Source of the DNA: Tubiluchus corallicola
Taxonomy: Eukaryota; Animalia; Priapulida
NCBI GenBank assembly: GCA_030141605.1
Contig: JAQGDQ010000242.1
Coordinates: 124,001 to 188,000 of the forward strand
DNA length: 64,000 nucleotides
Reading direction: 5' to 3'
The first letter of the stretch is position 1. Each line of letters starts with the position of its first letter. Below the pieces are notes generated by a model. That model was not told where the DNA came from and ran no database searches. It worked only from the letters and a program-made list of their open reading frames with translations. Shown in pieces: positions 61,534 through 64,000 of the stretch. The translations under genes were made by a program, and so were the position numbers.

Positions 61534-61877
61534 CAGTGGTTCCCAAACTAGGGGTAAATTACCCCCCGGGGGTAATATGGTTTTTTTGGGGGGGTAGCGG
61601 GCACCCCTCTGAAAATTTTTAAAACTTCGCTCGGAATGCATTTTACGTAGTTTTCTTCTTGAAGAGACTGCCTCCGGTAATACTTGTTTTGGCAACAATA
61701 CAACAACAACACCTGGAAATTTATTTATGTCACGAGCAAACATAAATAATTTTGCTTGCTTGTGGCATATACGTGTGTTTACTTTTTGAGTTGGAGAAGT
61801 AGTACTAGGTGGGGGGTAATGGACAAGACCGGGTTTCCCGATTTGGGTAACGGTCCGAGAAAGTTTGGGAACCACTG
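61534..61877. mobile_element. hAT (Charlie-like) MITE
   Basis: TIRs CAGTGGTTCCCAAACT / AGTTTGGGAACCACTG and a perfect 8-bp TSD CATTACAC. Confidence 0.92.
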
Positions 61878-64000
61878 CATTACACTAATCATTACTTAAC
61901 ACAAAAATAAACTGGTTCGCTTTACAAGTCTGCAGACATGCAAGTACATTTTTTTTATTATAACCCTGTTCTTGCGAGGTTTTGGTTTATTTTAGTCTAT
62001 CTGTAGCTAAATATGTTTAACCATTTATAAACATTTGACTACGAGTAATAAACTATTCACTAATGAACAAGCAATGTAAGTTTCTGTGCTTGTGAGGTAT
62101 GTTCCCTAATGTCATCTGTACGTTCCAAACTAAATTTGCACATGACATTGAACATATGAGTTGCAACAACTTTATGAGTGTGAAATTTATTTCCCATAAT
62201 AGAGGACCTGTGTAAAATTGAAATGAAACCAGAAAAAAACAATGTTGAAGTGTGTATAACTGAATGTATTAACGAGACTATTTAAAATTTGCTGAAACTT
62301 AACAGAAATCCTTCCTAAATCATCAAAAAATTTTCAACATTTCGGAAAATACCAAAATCTATAAATTATTATTATCTCACACTATATTACCATCGCAGCT
62401 TAAAGGAATCATTTCCTGATTATTTTGGGTTCTTGTGAGAATTTCAGACCAATGACACAGTTTTAAAAATGAAACAGTGAAATTCACTTAGAAACAATTA
62501 GTCATATCCTTCAATATGCAGACAAAAATGCAAATGAAATGCTTAGAAATAGACTAAGATTTGCTCAATCAAAAATGCCATTATTCTGGCATTGGCAGGC
62601 ATAGTTTTTAAATATGCGTGCAATTTATGCTAAATGCAACTACTGCACAAGCAGAATACCACCTAACCTAATTTAATCAATAATCAATCTCACTTAATCC
62701 AAATTCTTTGACTAGATATTTATAACTGTGAATATAAAACAGATATAAATTGGCAAAATAAAGAACACAAAAACATTTTAAAACTTCTTAAAACCACCAC
62801 AAAAACAATTTCAGTAACTTTTTAGTGAAGAATTGTTAACATTGATTGTTCAGTGTTGTAGCTGCTAGTGAAAAATGCTTAATTTAACCTCAACAATTGC
62901 TGGCAATGATAAAAAAGAGAACAAGTATTATATCAAAAAAGAATAAGATTCTGCAGCGACTTGCACAATCTTAATAAAAGCTTTCATCAAGAACTAGTCG
63001 CGTCGAAAAAACTCTAGACAGCAGAATGTTTCAATGTTACACAAAACTATTCATAAAATACTCTGGCATTGTACAAACTGTTCAAAATACGTATATAAAC
63101 ACATGGTACATCATAACAACAAACCAAAACTCGTAGACTTGAATACTGCACGTAACTTGACTAGACAAACATACTGAGATCAGCAACAACAAATAAATTA
63201 AACTAACCTCACTATTATTTTACAATAAATAAAACTATATCTCTAACTTGAAATAACACTGAAATAAAACAACGAGGCTCAATGTTAAACATTCATCAGG
63301 GACAGGTGAGATTGACAAAATTGGCATAGCAATGATTAAACATTCCTTTAAAATGTTATGACTAGAATTAGGTTTTATTCTTATTAAACAAAATAATCAA
63401 CTTCGAAATATTTTTCTAAAAACTACACTGAAATTCAGGAAATGTAAGTATTCCCGACTTGCTAGTGCTGCAAAGTAAATATTAAAGGAAAGGACAAGTC
63501 ACTCAGCATGTTGAGTTTATTCTACTATCATTTAAACTTGAAAAAATGTAATAAAGAAATTTGTAAAAAATCCGTTTATAAAGCATAAAGGTAATTATTA
63601 CTGCAACAGTATAAAGATTTACAGACGAGGTGGTAGCCGCCATTCACTTGAAAATTATGATGTAGCTGTTGGACTTTCGTGACTTTTCGTAAGCGCATCA
63701 TGGCTTTTCCATTTAAACTAATTCAGACTTCTGCAACTAACTTAATGTTGGTGCAAGAATATCCCAAAATCAGCTATTTATTTTCTTTGCAAAAACAATG
63801 TGTTTGACTAAATTATATTTTTGATGGAAATTGACAGAATGCTGTTTTTGCTCGGTTGAATGACGTCATTGGTGGAAGAATGTATGTTCATAATGGGAGC
63901 ACGAAATGACAGCGACTTTACTAAAGTGAATCACACTTTTATTACTAAATCCTTGTAACATTTTCTGCAAACATTGAAATAAGCCCAACTTTCTAGAAGG

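Noticed and set aside
61295-64000. Further upstream dystrophin exons
   Set aside because: I found no convincing spectrin-like exon with splice sites; this appears to be intron continuing beyond the window.

Overview
AT-rich, intron-rich eukaryotic DNA that looks like a bilaterian invertebrate; the species cannot be determined from the sequence. The + strand carries two tandem, intact 6-exon arylsulfatase A (ARSA)-like genes: 645-3740 (507 aa) and 4833-7988 (505 aa). Each has a conserved CLEAR/M-box-type motif about 100 bp upstream. The - strand carries a large internal part of a dystrophin/utrophin-family gene. I assembled 32 GT-AG, frame-consistent exons by hand from 61294 down to 23233 (about 1755 codons), equivalent to roughly human DMD exons 21-52 and including a 26-nt microexon. 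I found no later dystrophin exons in 1-23232, so the sulfatase pair is probably nested antisense in a very large dystrophin intron. That intron also holds candidate alternative or first exons. The introns contain many non-autonomous transposons: TTAA/Kolobok-like, hAT, Tc1/mariner and Harbinger MITEs, a Helitron, a LINE with a fold-back 5' end, a SINE and a probable solo LTR, plus minisatellites. All coordinates were read by eye. Comparisons to human genes are from memory, not from a database search. I found no prokaryote-type system such as CRISPR.
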